A stretch of 64,000 nucleotides of DNA from Victivallales bacterium (lineage in GTDB: Bacteria; Verrucomicrobiota; Lentisphaeria; Oligosphaerales; Oligosphaeraceae), in contig JAFXUD010000030.1 in NCBI GenBank assembly GCA_017535315.1, forward strand, positions 14,307-78,306, read 5' to 3'. Positions 44,849-54,094 of this stretch are shown here, one piece after another; position 1 is the first letter of the stretch, and each line of letters begins with the position of its first letter. Both the position numbers and the translations under genes were made by a program. The notes beneath the pieces were generated by a model that saw nothing but the letters and a program-made list of their open reading frames with translations, was not told where the DNA came from and searched no databases.

Positions 44849-47725
44849 ATGACAAAAAGACTTGCATGTACCTTGCTCCTTGCAGCCGCCTCCCTTTTTG
44901 CCTGGACAAAGCTGGACTTGAAAAACGGCGACTTCGAAGAAGCGGAAAGCCACTGGAACAATAGAAATAAGCTGGCCTTCATCACCGAAGAGGCCGCCAG
45001 AAACGGCAAATATGGTCTGCGCGTTCTGGACAAGGATCCCGTGAATGGCAGCAATATCGATTGCAGAAGAGTCCGCGTCACGCCTGGCAAGTCCCACGCC
45101 ATCCGCTTCTGGACACGCTCCAGGGGAAACAATCTCGGCTGCGGCATCTACATAACATACTACAACGAGCAGGGAAAAGCACTCAATACGGAGCACCTCG
45201 GCAACCAACTCATCTACTGCTTGAAAGAATCGCGCAGATGGAAGGAGAACATCTTTATCACAAAGGCCACTGCAGAGGCACGCGCCATCTCCATCTGGAT
45301 ACACTCCTTCTCGACCAGCTTCGCCGATGTTGATATCGATGACATTGAAATACTTGAACTTACAGAAGACGAGGAAAAAACAATGAAAACAACAAGCCAA
45401 AACGCTACAAACAGCTATCCCGCCCTCTCACAGGAGAGAATCCGCGAACTGGAAGAGATGCTGCCCGAAAAGCCCCAAGGCGTCGGCATCCCCGCCTCCT
45501 ATCGCGACGTGTGGGACAAGATGGCCGCCACGACCGAAGGCAAGAACATCGTCAAGTCCGCCGTGCCCCTCCTGGACCAAACCTTCCCCGAGCTCCCCGA
45601 CGACCTCTACCTGCAGTTCACACGCATCGGAAACCGCTCCAACTACGAAGGTGTCTATAACAAACGCAATTCCTGGATTGTCAGGCTCGCCCTTGCTGAA
45701 TGCCTCGAATACAAGGGGCGCTTCCTCCCCAAGCTGGAGGAGTTCCTCAACCAGTTCCTCTCACAGAAAAGCTGGGTTCTCCCCGCGCATGACTCCAAGC
45801 TGACCGTCTTCAACAACACACTTCTCTACCCCGACTTGACTGGTTCCTCCGTCACAGCCATGATTGCCTACATCGACTGGTTCCTGCAGGACAAGCTGAA
45901 GCCAGAGACGCGCCAGAGAATCCGCCACGAGGCCTACCGCCGCGCCATCACTCCCTGGCAGGAGGTCTATCGTACAGGTCAGCTCGCCAGCGGGCGCTGG
46001 TGGATGGTCAGCCCCTTCAACTGGAACGCCGTCTGCACCTGCAACATGCTCAGCGCCAGTCTGATATTGATGGAATCGCGCCATGACCGCGCCGAGGCGC
46101 TGGCCGCCATGGAGACCTCAAACTCATACTTCTACCGCGGCTTCACCTCCGACGGCTACTGCTCTGAGGGCCTCGGCTACTGGTCATACGGCTTCGGCCA
46201 CTTCCTCACCATGGGCGAAATCGTCCTCGCCTCCACCAATGGCAAGCTCAACATCTTCGACGACGACCCCATCATCCTCAAATGCTGCGAATACGCCCGC
46301 AACATCATGGTTGAGGACGGCGTGGCCCCCGCCTACGCCGACTGCGGCTTCAACGCCAATCCAGGGCAATACAACCTCTCCATCATCCAGCGCCACTACC
46401 CCGAGCTCCTGCTCAAGCCCGTCAAAGAACCTGAAATGCCCATCAGCATGCTCTACTTCGCCATCTTCGCCTTCTCCGACGGCAAGCCCATCGACCCCAG
46501 CATCATTCCGCCCATGCCGCCCGTCTCCTTCTTCGACCAGGCGGGCATCCTGATTTGCCGTTCGAAGGACGATAAGGGCTTCACCTTTGGCGCAGCCATC
46601 AAAGGCGGCCACAACAACGAATCGCACAACCACAACGACGTCGGCTCCTACCTGATTGTCGCCAACAAGTCTCCGCTCGTCTGCGACCCAGGCGGCGAGG
46701 TCTATTCGCGCCGCACCTTCAGCGCGGAGCGCTACACCAGCAAGGTTCTCAACTCCTACGGGCATGACGTGCCTGTCGTCGCGGGGAAGCTGCAACTGAC
46801 GGGGCCAGATGCCAAGGGTGTCATCACAGAGCCTGTCTTTACGGACGAGAAGAACTCCATCCTCATCGACATGACCTCCTGTTACGAGGTGGATGAACTT
46901 GTCTCCCTCACGCGCCGTTTCACCTTCGACCGCGTCAACCGCAAAATCATCATCACGGACAACGTCGAGTTCAAGACACCACAGACCTTCGAAGACGCCA
47001 TCATCACCAGCTCCTCCTACCGCATCAACTCCAAATCACAGGTGCAGCTCTACGACCAGAAGTCCGTCGTCACCGCCAATATCTCTGTCACGGGAGCGGA
47101 CTGGACGCTTGACGATGAGTTCATCGAGAACCCCAACCGCGTCTCCCCCACGCGCTTCGGCATCAAGCTGGACAAGCCTGTCCTCAAGGCCACCGTCGAA
47201 TGCGTCTATACAGCCGCACTCGTTGACGAGAGCTTCGACACCTACTACAAGGAACCAGACCTCTCCAAACTCTCCCTTGACGAAAAGGCCGCCATCACCG
47301 TGGAAGGCGAAGCCTACTCCTTTGAGCAGGGTGGCAAAGCTGGCGTCCTCTCCAAAATCGCCGCGAATCCAGCCAAGGACGGCAAGTCCATCTATCTGTG
47401 GGACGGCAGGAACCACGAACTTGGCTGGACATTCGAGGTGCCAAAGGACGGCAGCTACATCATCCGCGTGCGCTACTGCCACGACATTGCCAGGATGGTG
47501 CAGCGCGAGTTCCGCTATGACACTGCCCCTGATAAGTTCGTCTGCAACTTCCCTGGTACGGGTGGCTGGAGCAACAACAAGGATGACTGGAAGATGACCA
47601 CCCTCTCCAGCAAGGGACAACCCATTACCCTCAAGCTCGCCAAGGGGACACACACCATCTACCTGAAGAACATCGACGGTTGCGGGTTGAACTTTGACCA
47701 AATCTCCCTCATACCGCTGAAATAG
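44849..47725 (+). CDS. Secreted heparinase II/III-like polysaccharide lyase-family protein flanked by an N-terminal CBM4/9-like and a C-terminal CBM6/35-like domain
   Basis: The signal peptide is MTKRLACTLLLAAASLFAW. The N-terminus has LKNGDFEE... and the core has GGHNNESHNHNDVGSY (Hepar_II_III-like). The C-terminus has EGEAYSFEQGG...GLNFDQISLIP. Confidence 0.7.
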   Translation: MTKRLACTLLLAAASLFAWTKLDLKNGDFEEAESHWNNRNKLAFITEEAARNGKYGLRVLDKDPVNGSNIDCRRVRVTPGKSHAIRFWTRSRGNNLGCGIYITYYNEQGKALNTEHLGNQLIYCLKESRRWKENIFITKATAEARAISIWIHSFSTSFADVDIDDIEILELTEDEEKTMKTTSQNATNSYPALSQERIRELEEMLPEKPQGVGIPASYRDVWDKMAATTEGKNIVKSAVPLLDQTFPELPDDLYLQFTRIGNRSNYEGVYNKRNSWIVRLALAECLEYKGRFLPKLEEFLNQFLSQKSWVLPAHDSKLTVFNNTLLYPDLTGSSVTAMIAYIDWFLQDKLKPETRQRIRHEAYRRAITPWQEVYRTGQLASGRWWMVSPFNWNAVCTCNMLSASLILMESRHDRAEALAAMETSNSYFYRGFTSDGYCSEGLGYWSYGFGHFLTMGEIVLASTNGKLNIFDDDPIILKCCEYARNIMVEDGVAPAYADCGFNANPGQYNLSIIQRHYPELLLKPVKEPEMPISMLYFAIFAFSDGKPIDPSIIPPMPPVSFFDQAGILICRSKDDKGFTFGAAIKGGHNNESHNHNDVGSYLIVANKSPLVCDPGGEVYSRRTFSAERYTSKVLNSYGHDVPVVAGKLQLTGPDAKGVITEPVFTDEKNSILIDMTSCYEVDELVSLTRRFTFDRVNRKIIITDNVEFKTPQTFEDAIITSSSYRINSKSQVQLYDQKSVVTANISVTGADWTLDDEFIENPNRVSPTRFGIKLDKPVLKATVECVYTAALVDESFDTYYKEPDLSKLSLDEKAAITVEGEAYSFEQGGKAGVLSKIAANPAKDGKSIYLWDGRNHELGWTFEVPKDGSYIIRVRYCHDIARMVQREFRYDTAPDKFVCNFPGTGGWSNNKDDWKMTTLSSKGQPITLKLAKGTHTIYLKNIDGCGLNFDQISLIPLK

Positions 47726-47755
47726 TTGCATCCAGACACCACTAGGGAAAGAGAA

Positions 47756-47995
47756 GGGAATTATGTACTTTAGTTGCCGATTAGACTTCACCACAGAGAA
47801 GAGCCGCGTAAGCGGCGGCAGGAGCATAGCCGTGGGTGGAGCGAAGCCGCAATAGCGGCGAAGCGAAATCCACGGTCAGATGACCACCCTAGTCTATGTG
47901 CGCCGTGCCGCGTAGCGCAGCGAAGCGGCAAGGCGCATTTTGGTCATCGACCAGTGAGGGACAATGTCATCAGGAAACTAAAGTATATAATTCCC
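47756..47995 (+). mobile_element. Intact 240-bp MITE with 20-bp terminal inverted repeats and an 8-bp target-site duplication
   Basis: TIR-L is gggaattatgtactttagtt (47756-47775). TIR-R is aactaaagtatataattccc (47976-47995). They match at 19/20 as reverse complements. The flanking direct repeat aaagagaa occurs at 47748-47755 and 47996-48003. The GC-rich core forms hairpins (ccgtggg..gcgaagccgc..gcggcgaagcg..ccacgg). Confidence 0.85.
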
Positions 47996-48041
47996 AAAGA
48001 GAAGTCACGACAGCGGTAAATTGACACTTACAAAGGCGGAT

Positions 48042-48076
48042 GGACTGGGGCGCGCTAGTATTGTGCGCCCCAGTCC
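48042..48076. other. 12-bp perfect GC-rich hairpin upstream of the second lyase paralog
   Basis: The arms are ggactggggcgc (48042-48053) and gcgccccagtcc (48065-48076), with an 11-nt loop and no U-tract. It could be a terminator of the upstream gene or a 5'-UTR structure. Confidence 0.5.
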
Positions 48077-48103
48077 CAACTACCTTAATGAGAACGAAAT
48101 GAC

Positions 48104-49978
48104 ATGAAAAACACTCCTCCACCTTTGAGCAATACCTATCCACCCCTTTCCCAGACACGAATCCGCGAGTTGGAGGAGATGCTCCCTGAAAAACCGCAGG
48201 GCATCGCGCCCCCCGCCTCCAATCGCGTTCCCTGGGACAAGCTCGCTGCCACTGACGAAGGGCACGCCATCATAAACGCCGCAGTGCCGCTTTTAAACGA
48301 GAACTTCCCCGCGCTGCCCGACGACCTCTATCTGCAATTCTCCCGCAACGGAAACCGCACCAACTATGAAGCTGTATTTGGTAGGCGCAACTCCTGGATA
48401 ATCACGCTGGCCCTTGCAGAGTGTCTAGAGTACCAGGGACGCTTTCTGCCGAAAATGGAGGAGTTCCTCGAACAGTTCCTCACCCAGAAAAGCTGGGTCC
48501 TCCCCGCACACGACCCTCGGCTGGCTGTCTTCAACGGCACCACCCTCTACCCAGACTTGACGGGCTCCAGCGTGACAGCCATGATTGCCTACATCGACTG
48601 GTTCCTACAGGACAAGCTGAAGCCTCAAACCCGCCTGAAAATCCGACAGGAGGTCTACCGACGCTCCATCACTCCATGGCAGAACATCTATCGCTCTGGC
48701 CAGTTCACAGATGATCTCATCTGGATGAAGTGGATGAACAGCCCCTTCAACTGGAACCCCGTCTGCACATGCCACATGCTCAGCGCCAGTCTGATATTAA
48801 TGGATTCCCGCCACGACCGTGCCGAGGCCCTGGCCGCTATGGAGACCTCAAACTCATACTTCTACCGCGGCTTCACCTCCGACGGCTACTGTTCTGAGGG
48901 GCTTGGCTACTGGTCGTATGGCTTCGGTCACTTTCTCACCATGGGGGAAATCGTCTTCGCCTCCACAAACGGAAGGCTCAACATTTTCGATGACGACCCC
49001 ATCATCCCCAAATGCTGCGAATACGCCCGCAATATCATGATTGAAGACGGCGTGGCACCTGCCTACGCCGACTGCGGCTTCAAAGCCAGTCCTGGAGACT
49101 ACAACCTGGCCATCATCCAACGCCATTTTCCCGAACTCCTCCTGAAGCCTGTTCAAAAGCCAATCCTCACCGTCAGCCCAATTTATCCTATCAGTTTGCT
49201 GAACTTCATCATCTTTGCCTTCACCGATGGCAAGTCTGTTGATTCCAAGCACACTCCACCCATTCCACCAGTCTCTTTCTTCGACCAGGCAGGCATCCTG
49301 ATTTGCCGTTCGAAGGACAAAAAGGGAAACACCTTCGGCTCCGCCATCAAGGGCGGCCACAACGGCGAGGCGCACAACCACAATGACGTCGGTTCCTACC
49401 TGATTGTCGCCAACAAGTCCCCGCTCGTCTGCGACCCAGGCGGCGAAATCTATTCGCGTCGCACCTTCGGCCCTGAACGTTATACCAGCAAGGTCCTCAA
49501 TTCCTATGGACATGACGTCCCTGTCGTCGCAGGACATCTGCAACGGACGGGGGCCGATGCCAAGGGCATTGTTTTAGAACCAGTCTTCACAGACGAGACA
49601 AGCTCCATCCTTATCGACATGACCTCCTGCTACGATGTCAAGGAGCTGGTCTCCCTCACGCGCCGTTTCACCTTCGACCGCGTCAACCGCAAAATCATCA
49701 TCACGGACAACGTGGAGTTCACAACACCGCAGACCTTCGAGGATGCCATTGTCACCAGTGTCTCCTATCGCATCAACTCCAGCTCCCAGGTGCAGCTTTA
49801 CGACCAGAACGCCAGCGTAACCGCCGGCATCTCGGTCACAGGCGCAGACTGGACGCTAGAGCAAGAGTACATTGAGAACCCCAACCGCATCTCCCCCACG
49901 CGCTTTGGCATCAAGCTCTCCAAGCCTGTCCTCAAGGCCACTGTTGTGTGTGTTTATACTTCAGCACCAACTATTTAG
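48104..49978 (+). CDS. Heparinase II/III-like protein, core-only paralog (no signal peptide, no CBMs)
   Basis: 624 aa. By eye it is ~80% identical to residues ~190-810 of the 44849-47725 product, with long identical runs such as RAEALAAMETSNSYFYRGFTSDGYCSEGLGYWSYGFGHFLTMGEIV. Confidence 0.7.
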   Translation: MKNTPPPLSNTYPPLSQTRIRELEEMLPEKPQGIAPPASNRVPWDKLAATDEGHAIINAAVPLLNENFPALPDDLYLQFSRNGNRTNYEAVFGRRNSWIITLALAECLEYQGRFLPKMEEFLEQFLTQKSWVLPAHDPRLAVFNGTTLYPDLTGSSVTAMIAYIDWFLQDKLKPQTRLKIRQEVYRRSITPWQNIYRSGQFTDDLIWMKWMNSPFNWNPVCTCHMLSASLILMDSRHDRAEALAAMETSNSYFYRGFTSDGYCSEGLGYWSYGFGHFLTMGEIVFASTNGRLNIFDDDPIIPKCCEYARNIMIEDGVAPAYADCGFKASPGDYNLAIIQRHFPELLLKPVQKPILTVSPIYPISLLNFIIFAFTDGKSVDSKHTPPIPPVSFFDQAGILICRSKDKKGNTFGSAIKGGHNGEAHNHNDVGSYLIVANKSPLVCDPGGEIYSRRTFGPERYTSKVLNSYGHDVPVVAGHLQRTGADAKGIVLEPVFTDETSSILIDMTSCYDVKELVSLTRRFTFDRVNRKIIITDNVEFTTPQTFEDAIVTSVSYRINSSSQVQLYDQNASVTAGISVTGADWTLEQEYIENPNRISPTRFGIKLSKPVLKATVVCVYTSAPTI

Positions 49979-50005
49979 TCATTATCACCATACTGGAGAA
50001 TCTCC

Positions 50006-53000
50006 ATGAAAAAACACCTTATTTGTCTGTTGGCTGCCTGTATGACGGCATTCGCTGAATTTGGGCCTGAATTGCTGAAAAACTCAGGCTTTGAGGAGGG
50101 AGACGCCAACGGACTACCCGCCGCCTGGACTTGCGACGACGCGGGTCTGAGCCGCCATGAGCTGGCCGATTTCGGCGGCAACTACGTCGTGGACGCAAAG
50201 CCGACTGCCTACACCATCGCTACGCAAAATATAACGCTTGTCCCAGGGAAGCAATACACCGTCACAGCGAGGCTCCGCAGCACTGGTAGCGGGCGCGGCG
50301 GCGTTCTGCTGCTTCACGGCGAGAAGAGACCAACCCGTGAAATGCCCCTGATTTGGAACATCGACACTGAGGGGCAGTATATCACGATAACGCGCACCTT
50401 CAATGCCCCCAACCCGCAGTGCCGCATCTACATCTACGACATCTCGAAGACAGGCAACGTCTCCTACGACTTCGTCTCCCTCCGTGAAGGCGAACCTGAT
50501 GAGATCGTCATCCGCCAATTCGGTCTTCGCGAGATAGACAAGCCACTGACGCCTCCCCCCGTCTCCGAGCACATTGAGTTTGCATCGAAACTCGCGGGCG
50601 GCCCGCTCCGCGCTCTCTTCTTCATCCCAACCATGCGAGTACAGCGCGAAGTCAATGAACTGACCGAGCGAATCGAAATGGACTGCGATGTCGTCGGTAC
50701 GGGCAATGCCTCCTGCACCGAAATGGCCAGCTTCACGGGCAACCGCGCCAACTCGCGCCTCAAGGAAAACTTCTACGAGACATTTGTCTTCTCTGCCAGG
50801 GCTAGCGAAAAACTCCAGCGCAGCGTCCTTGCCAAGGTGAAAGCAGGCGCGGGACTGGTCTTCATCTGCGGCAGTGCCGCCCCCGAAAACTGGAAGGAGC
50901 TCACAGAATGGCAAGAGATTCCCAAGTTTGACCCGATCTGGCAACTCTTCCCAATGGAGAGCTTCCCCGATAAGGACCTCCTAGAGGGCATCTGGACGAC
51001 CAGCTACGGCGAAGGACGCGTCTTCAAAATTGTCTTCAATAAGGAGGCCGCCATCGTCTTCTCGCTTCTCCCATGCCGCCGCGACGGGCAAACCGTCTGG
51101 CTCAAACGTCAGGAGGCCTACTGGGAAAACTGGTACGCCCTTTTAGGCGAGTTAATCCGCCGTTCTGCACGCGGTGAATCCAAAACAACTATCCAAGCGA
51201 ATGGTAGAAACCTTACGTTCTCTCCCGATGTCAAGAAGCTCCAAGTTGTCTTCCAGTACAAGAACGAGCTTCGTTTCGACGGCGAACCAACTAGGCGCTC
51301 AAAGCCAGCCATTCGGGAGGTCTCCAATGGCGAAGTGATTCTATTGCCACCAAGAGATAATCAAAGCGGCTATGCCGTACTATCCGCCTTGGATGAAAAC
51401 GACAAGACGCTGACATGGAAGGTGATAGAGTTTGGCGATGTCTCGCCGCTTCTCGCATTTGACAACCCAGCGACAGAGGTCTGCCAGCCCAATGAAACCC
51501 TCACGGTGCGCTTCAGTGCAACCGCCAAATGCCACTTGGAAAACGCAATACTCCGCATTAGGCTCATCGACCCGTACAAGCAGGTGCTGGAGCAGAAGGA
51601 GTTGTCGTTCCCGAACATCACACCCAATATGGCGTTTGAGATGCCTCTCCCCACAAGCAAGGCCACTACGGCTTTCAACCGCATCGAAGTCATCCTGCTG
51701 AAAAATGCTGTCGAGCTGGAGCGTATCTGGAAGCCCGTAATGATACCCGAGCTGAACAAGAGGGTGTTTGACGACTTTGTCATGCTGCCATGGCGTACCA
51801 ATAACATGTTCCCGTCTGTCATGGCGGGGTTCACGGAGCTATCACAGGATTTGGGCTTTAATGCAGACTTCCCCATCGGTGCCAGCAACGGCATCCAGCT
51901 TGCCGAATCAGGTATGCCCGCTGCTGGATATGTGGGAGACATGGGCCCGTTCCGCGACAAAGCCTCCCCCGCAGACGGCATTCGCAAGCAATGCCTGAAC
52001 GATCCTGCCGTGCGTGAGCTGCTTGTCGAAACCACGCGCAAAAATGCCGAAGAACACAAGCCATTCGGTCCATTTGCCATCGGCATCACAGACGAGGCCT
52101 TCCTCTCCTCGCACCACAAGCAGACCGAATACTGCTTCTGCGACATCTGCAAGGCAAAATACCGCCAGTGGCTGCAGAAGAACTACAAGAGCCTGGAAGC
52201 GTTGAACCGCCAGTGGGGTACCGCTTTCACCAGTTGGGAGGAGATTCAACCCGCACGTTCCGACGATGTGCGAGGCAAGGCAAACTACGCCCCCTTCGTC
52301 GATTTCCGCACCTTCATGACCGATGTCTGGATTGAATCCTGCCGCCTCGTCTCCGACACCTACCGCAGCGTGCAGCCTGGGGTGCTCATCGGCCACACCA
52401 ACACCTTCGGCATCACCCCCTTCTGCGGAAACGACTACTGGAAGCTCGCCACCCAGGCGGGCTTTGGCTGGCAGCAGGAATACTCCGAAGCCATCAAGGT
52501 CACCGCCCACAAGGCCATCTTCGAGATTTGGCGCTCCTTTACGCCCGAGGACTATCCGAACTATGGCTGGCTCGGCTACCACCATTCCGTGGAAGCCGCC
52601 AACTACGAGTGCTGGTGGCTCGCCTTCCACCGCTCCCGCGGCGTCAGTTATTTCGCCATCAACTCCGTTGACATGGACCGTATGACTTCCTGGGCACTCT
52701 CCCATCCAACCCTCGCACACACTGGCTTCGGCGACTGCGTAGCAGCCTCCGCCGCAGACCTACGAAACGGCATCGGCAAGCTGTTGATGGAGTACAAGCG
52801 CGAGCGTCCCCAGGTCGCCCTGCTCTACTCGCATCCTTCCGCCCTGGTCGCCTGGTGTGAATCGACAACCGACTTGCCCGAGCCAAAGGAGGGGCCAGAT
52901 ACAGACAGCTACGGCTCCTACTTCCGCTCCGCTCTCGACTTCCGCCAGCACATCGACAACCTGCAGTTGGACGCCGACTATGTTGCCAAGGAGCAGATTC

Positions 53001-54082
53001 TTGCTGGCGATGGACTTAAAGGGCGCAAGCTTCTCTTCCTCCCCTTCACCATCGCCTTCGACCGCGCACTGGAAGCCCCTCTGTTGAACTTCGTCGAAGA
53101 GGGCGGTGTCCTTATTGCCGACATGCGCGCTCTGCGCACCGACGAACACGGCACCCCCTTCCCGCTGGATGACAATCAGCCGCTCGCCAAGCTCTTCGGT
53201 GTCAAACGCACGCCTGAAACCACCGCCACCTACACGCAAAGCTCCGTCACCATCAAAGGCCAAGAGAACAGAATTGATTTGCAGAATACCAAGCTCTCCT
53301 GCCTAGACTGGGAGACCGTTGTTGCCGCTGGTGCGAAGCCTCTGGCAGAGCATTCCAATGGCACGCCTGCCATCTTTATCCGCGACTACGGCAAAGGCAT
53401 GACCTGCTACCTGAACTTCCGTCTGGCTGATTATGATGCAATCTCGCTCGTTTTCCTCCAAATGCTGACCAAGATTGCAGGCATCGCCCCCCATGTTGAG
53501 GCAAAATGGCCTGTTGATCCCCATGGGAGCGCAGCAAACTGGCCCATTGACTTATCCAAAGGCACCCCATTCCCTAAGGCCATTGAGCTCAACACCTTCC
53601 AATCTGGTGACAACAGCGTCTATGGCATCATCTGCGATTTCAGACGTATAAAATCTACGCAGACAATCAACCTGCTTTTTGACAAAGAATCGCACATCTA
53701 CGAGTCACGAAGTCGCCACTACTATGGTTTTTGCAATGTTGTGGACAAGCTGGATATCGCTCCTGGGCAGGCGTTTGTCTTCACTGCCCTGCCCTACACC
53801 GTCAATGGCATCACCGCCAGCTTTGCGGAGAAAAAGCCAGGCATGCTCTCCATTGAGTCCGCCGTCCAGGCCAGCAAAAAGCCTGGCAAGCATGTCCTGC
53901 ACATCGCCATTACGCGCCCCGATGGCACTTCCACCCGCAACCTGACTTTCAACCTGGTCGCCGATGAGGGTATCGGTAAAACCACTATCCCAATCGGCCT
54001 CAACCGCATGGGCGGCAAATGGACCGCCGTCATCACCGATGTGCTCACTGGTGTGAGGCACACAGCTTCCTGGCAACTTTGA
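50006..54082 (+). CDS. Large secreted or lipoprotein multidomain glycoside hydrolase-like protein (N-terminal CBM4/9-like; central GH42-like TIM barrel plus trimerisation-like domain)
   Basis: 1358 aa. The N-terminus MKKHLICLLAAC has a possible lipobox, followed by LKNSGFEEGD. The segment CFCDICKAKYRQWLQKNYKSLEALNRQWGTAFTSWEEI resembles the GH42 Cys-cluster/WL..Y..LN..W block. Confidence 0.45.
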   Translation: MKKHLICLLAACMTAFAEFGPELLKNSGFEEGDANGLPAAWTCDDAGLSRHELADFGGNYVVDAKPTAYTIATQNITLVPGKQYTVTARLRSTGSGRGGVLLLHGEKRPTREMPLIWNIDTEGQYITITRTFNAPNPQCRIYIYDISKTGNVSYDFVSLREGEPDEIVIRQFGLREIDKPLTPPPVSEHIEFASKLAGGPLRALFFIPTMRVQREVNELTERIEMDCDVVGTGNASCTEMASFTGNRANSRLKENFYETFVFSARASEKLQRSVLAKVKAGAGLVFICGSAAPENWKELTEWQEIPKFDPIWQLFPMESFPDKDLLEGIWTTSYGEGRVFKIVFNKEAAIVFSLLPCRRDGQTVWLKRQEAYWENWYALLGELIRRSARGESKTTIQANGRNLTFSPDVKKLQVVFQYKNELRFDGEPTRRSKPAIREVSNGEVILLPPRDNQSGYAVLSALDENDKTLTWKVIEFGDVSPLLAFDNPATEVCQPNETLTVRFSATAKCHLENAILRIRLIDPYKQVLEQKELSFPNITPNMAFEMPLPTSKATTAFNRIEVILLKNAVELERIWKPVMIPELNKRVFDDFVMLPWRTNNMFPSVMAGFTELSQDLGFNADFPIGASNGIQLAESGMPAAGYVGDMGPFRDKASPADGIRKQCLNDPAVRELLVETTRKNAEEHKPFGPFAIGITDEAFLSSHHKQTEYCFCDICKAKYRQWLQKNYKSLEALNRQWGTAFTSWEEIQPARSDDVRGKANYAPFVDFRTFMTDVWIESCRLVSDTYRSVQPGVLIGHTNTFGITPFCGNDYWKLATQAGFGWQQEYSEAIKVTAHKAIFEIWRSFTPEDYPNYGWLGYHHSVEAANYECWWLAFHRSRGVSYFAINSVDMDRMTSWALSHPTLAHTGFGDCVAASAADLRNGIGKLLMEYKRERPQVALLYSHPSALVAWCESTTDLPEPKEGPDTDSYGSYFRSALDFRQHIDNLQLDADYVAKEQILAGDGLKGRKLLFLPFTIAFDRALEAPLLNFVEEGGVLIADMRALRTDEHGTPFPLDDNQPLAKLFGVKRTPETTATYTQSSVTIKGQENRIDLQNTKLSCLDWETVVAAGAKPLAEHSNGTPAIFIRDYGKGMTCYLNFRLADYDAISLVFLQMLTKIAGIAPHVEAKWPVDPHGSAANWPIDLSKGTPFPKAIELNTFQSGDNSVYGIICDFRRIKSTQTINLLFDKESHIYESRSRHYYGFCNVVDKLDIAPGQAFVFTALPYTVNGITASFAEKKPGMLSIESAVQASKKPGKHVLHIAITRPDGTSTRNLTFNLVADEGIGKTTIPIGLNRMGGKWTAVITDVLTGVRHTASWQL

Positions 54083-54094
54083 TGAGATTTAATT

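Noticed and set aside
46083-47597. Pro/Ser/Thr/Ala-rich alternative-frame ORFs inside the first lyase gene (46083-46553, 46893-47597), with counterparts in the second (48421-48714, 48819-49040).
   Set aside because: They are same-strand out-of-frame readings of a well-supported coding frame. Their low-complexity translations are conserved between paralogs only because the nucleotide sequences are.
47774-48019. 81-aa ORF (and the 94-aa ORF at 32528-32812) sharing an REEPRKRRQEHS...VAQRSGKAH translation, which could be read as a conserved small protein.
   Set aside because: Both lie entirely inside copies of the same MITE, which has TIRs and a TSD. The similarity is nucleotide-level repeat identity read in one frame. 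The ORF boundaries differ between copies.
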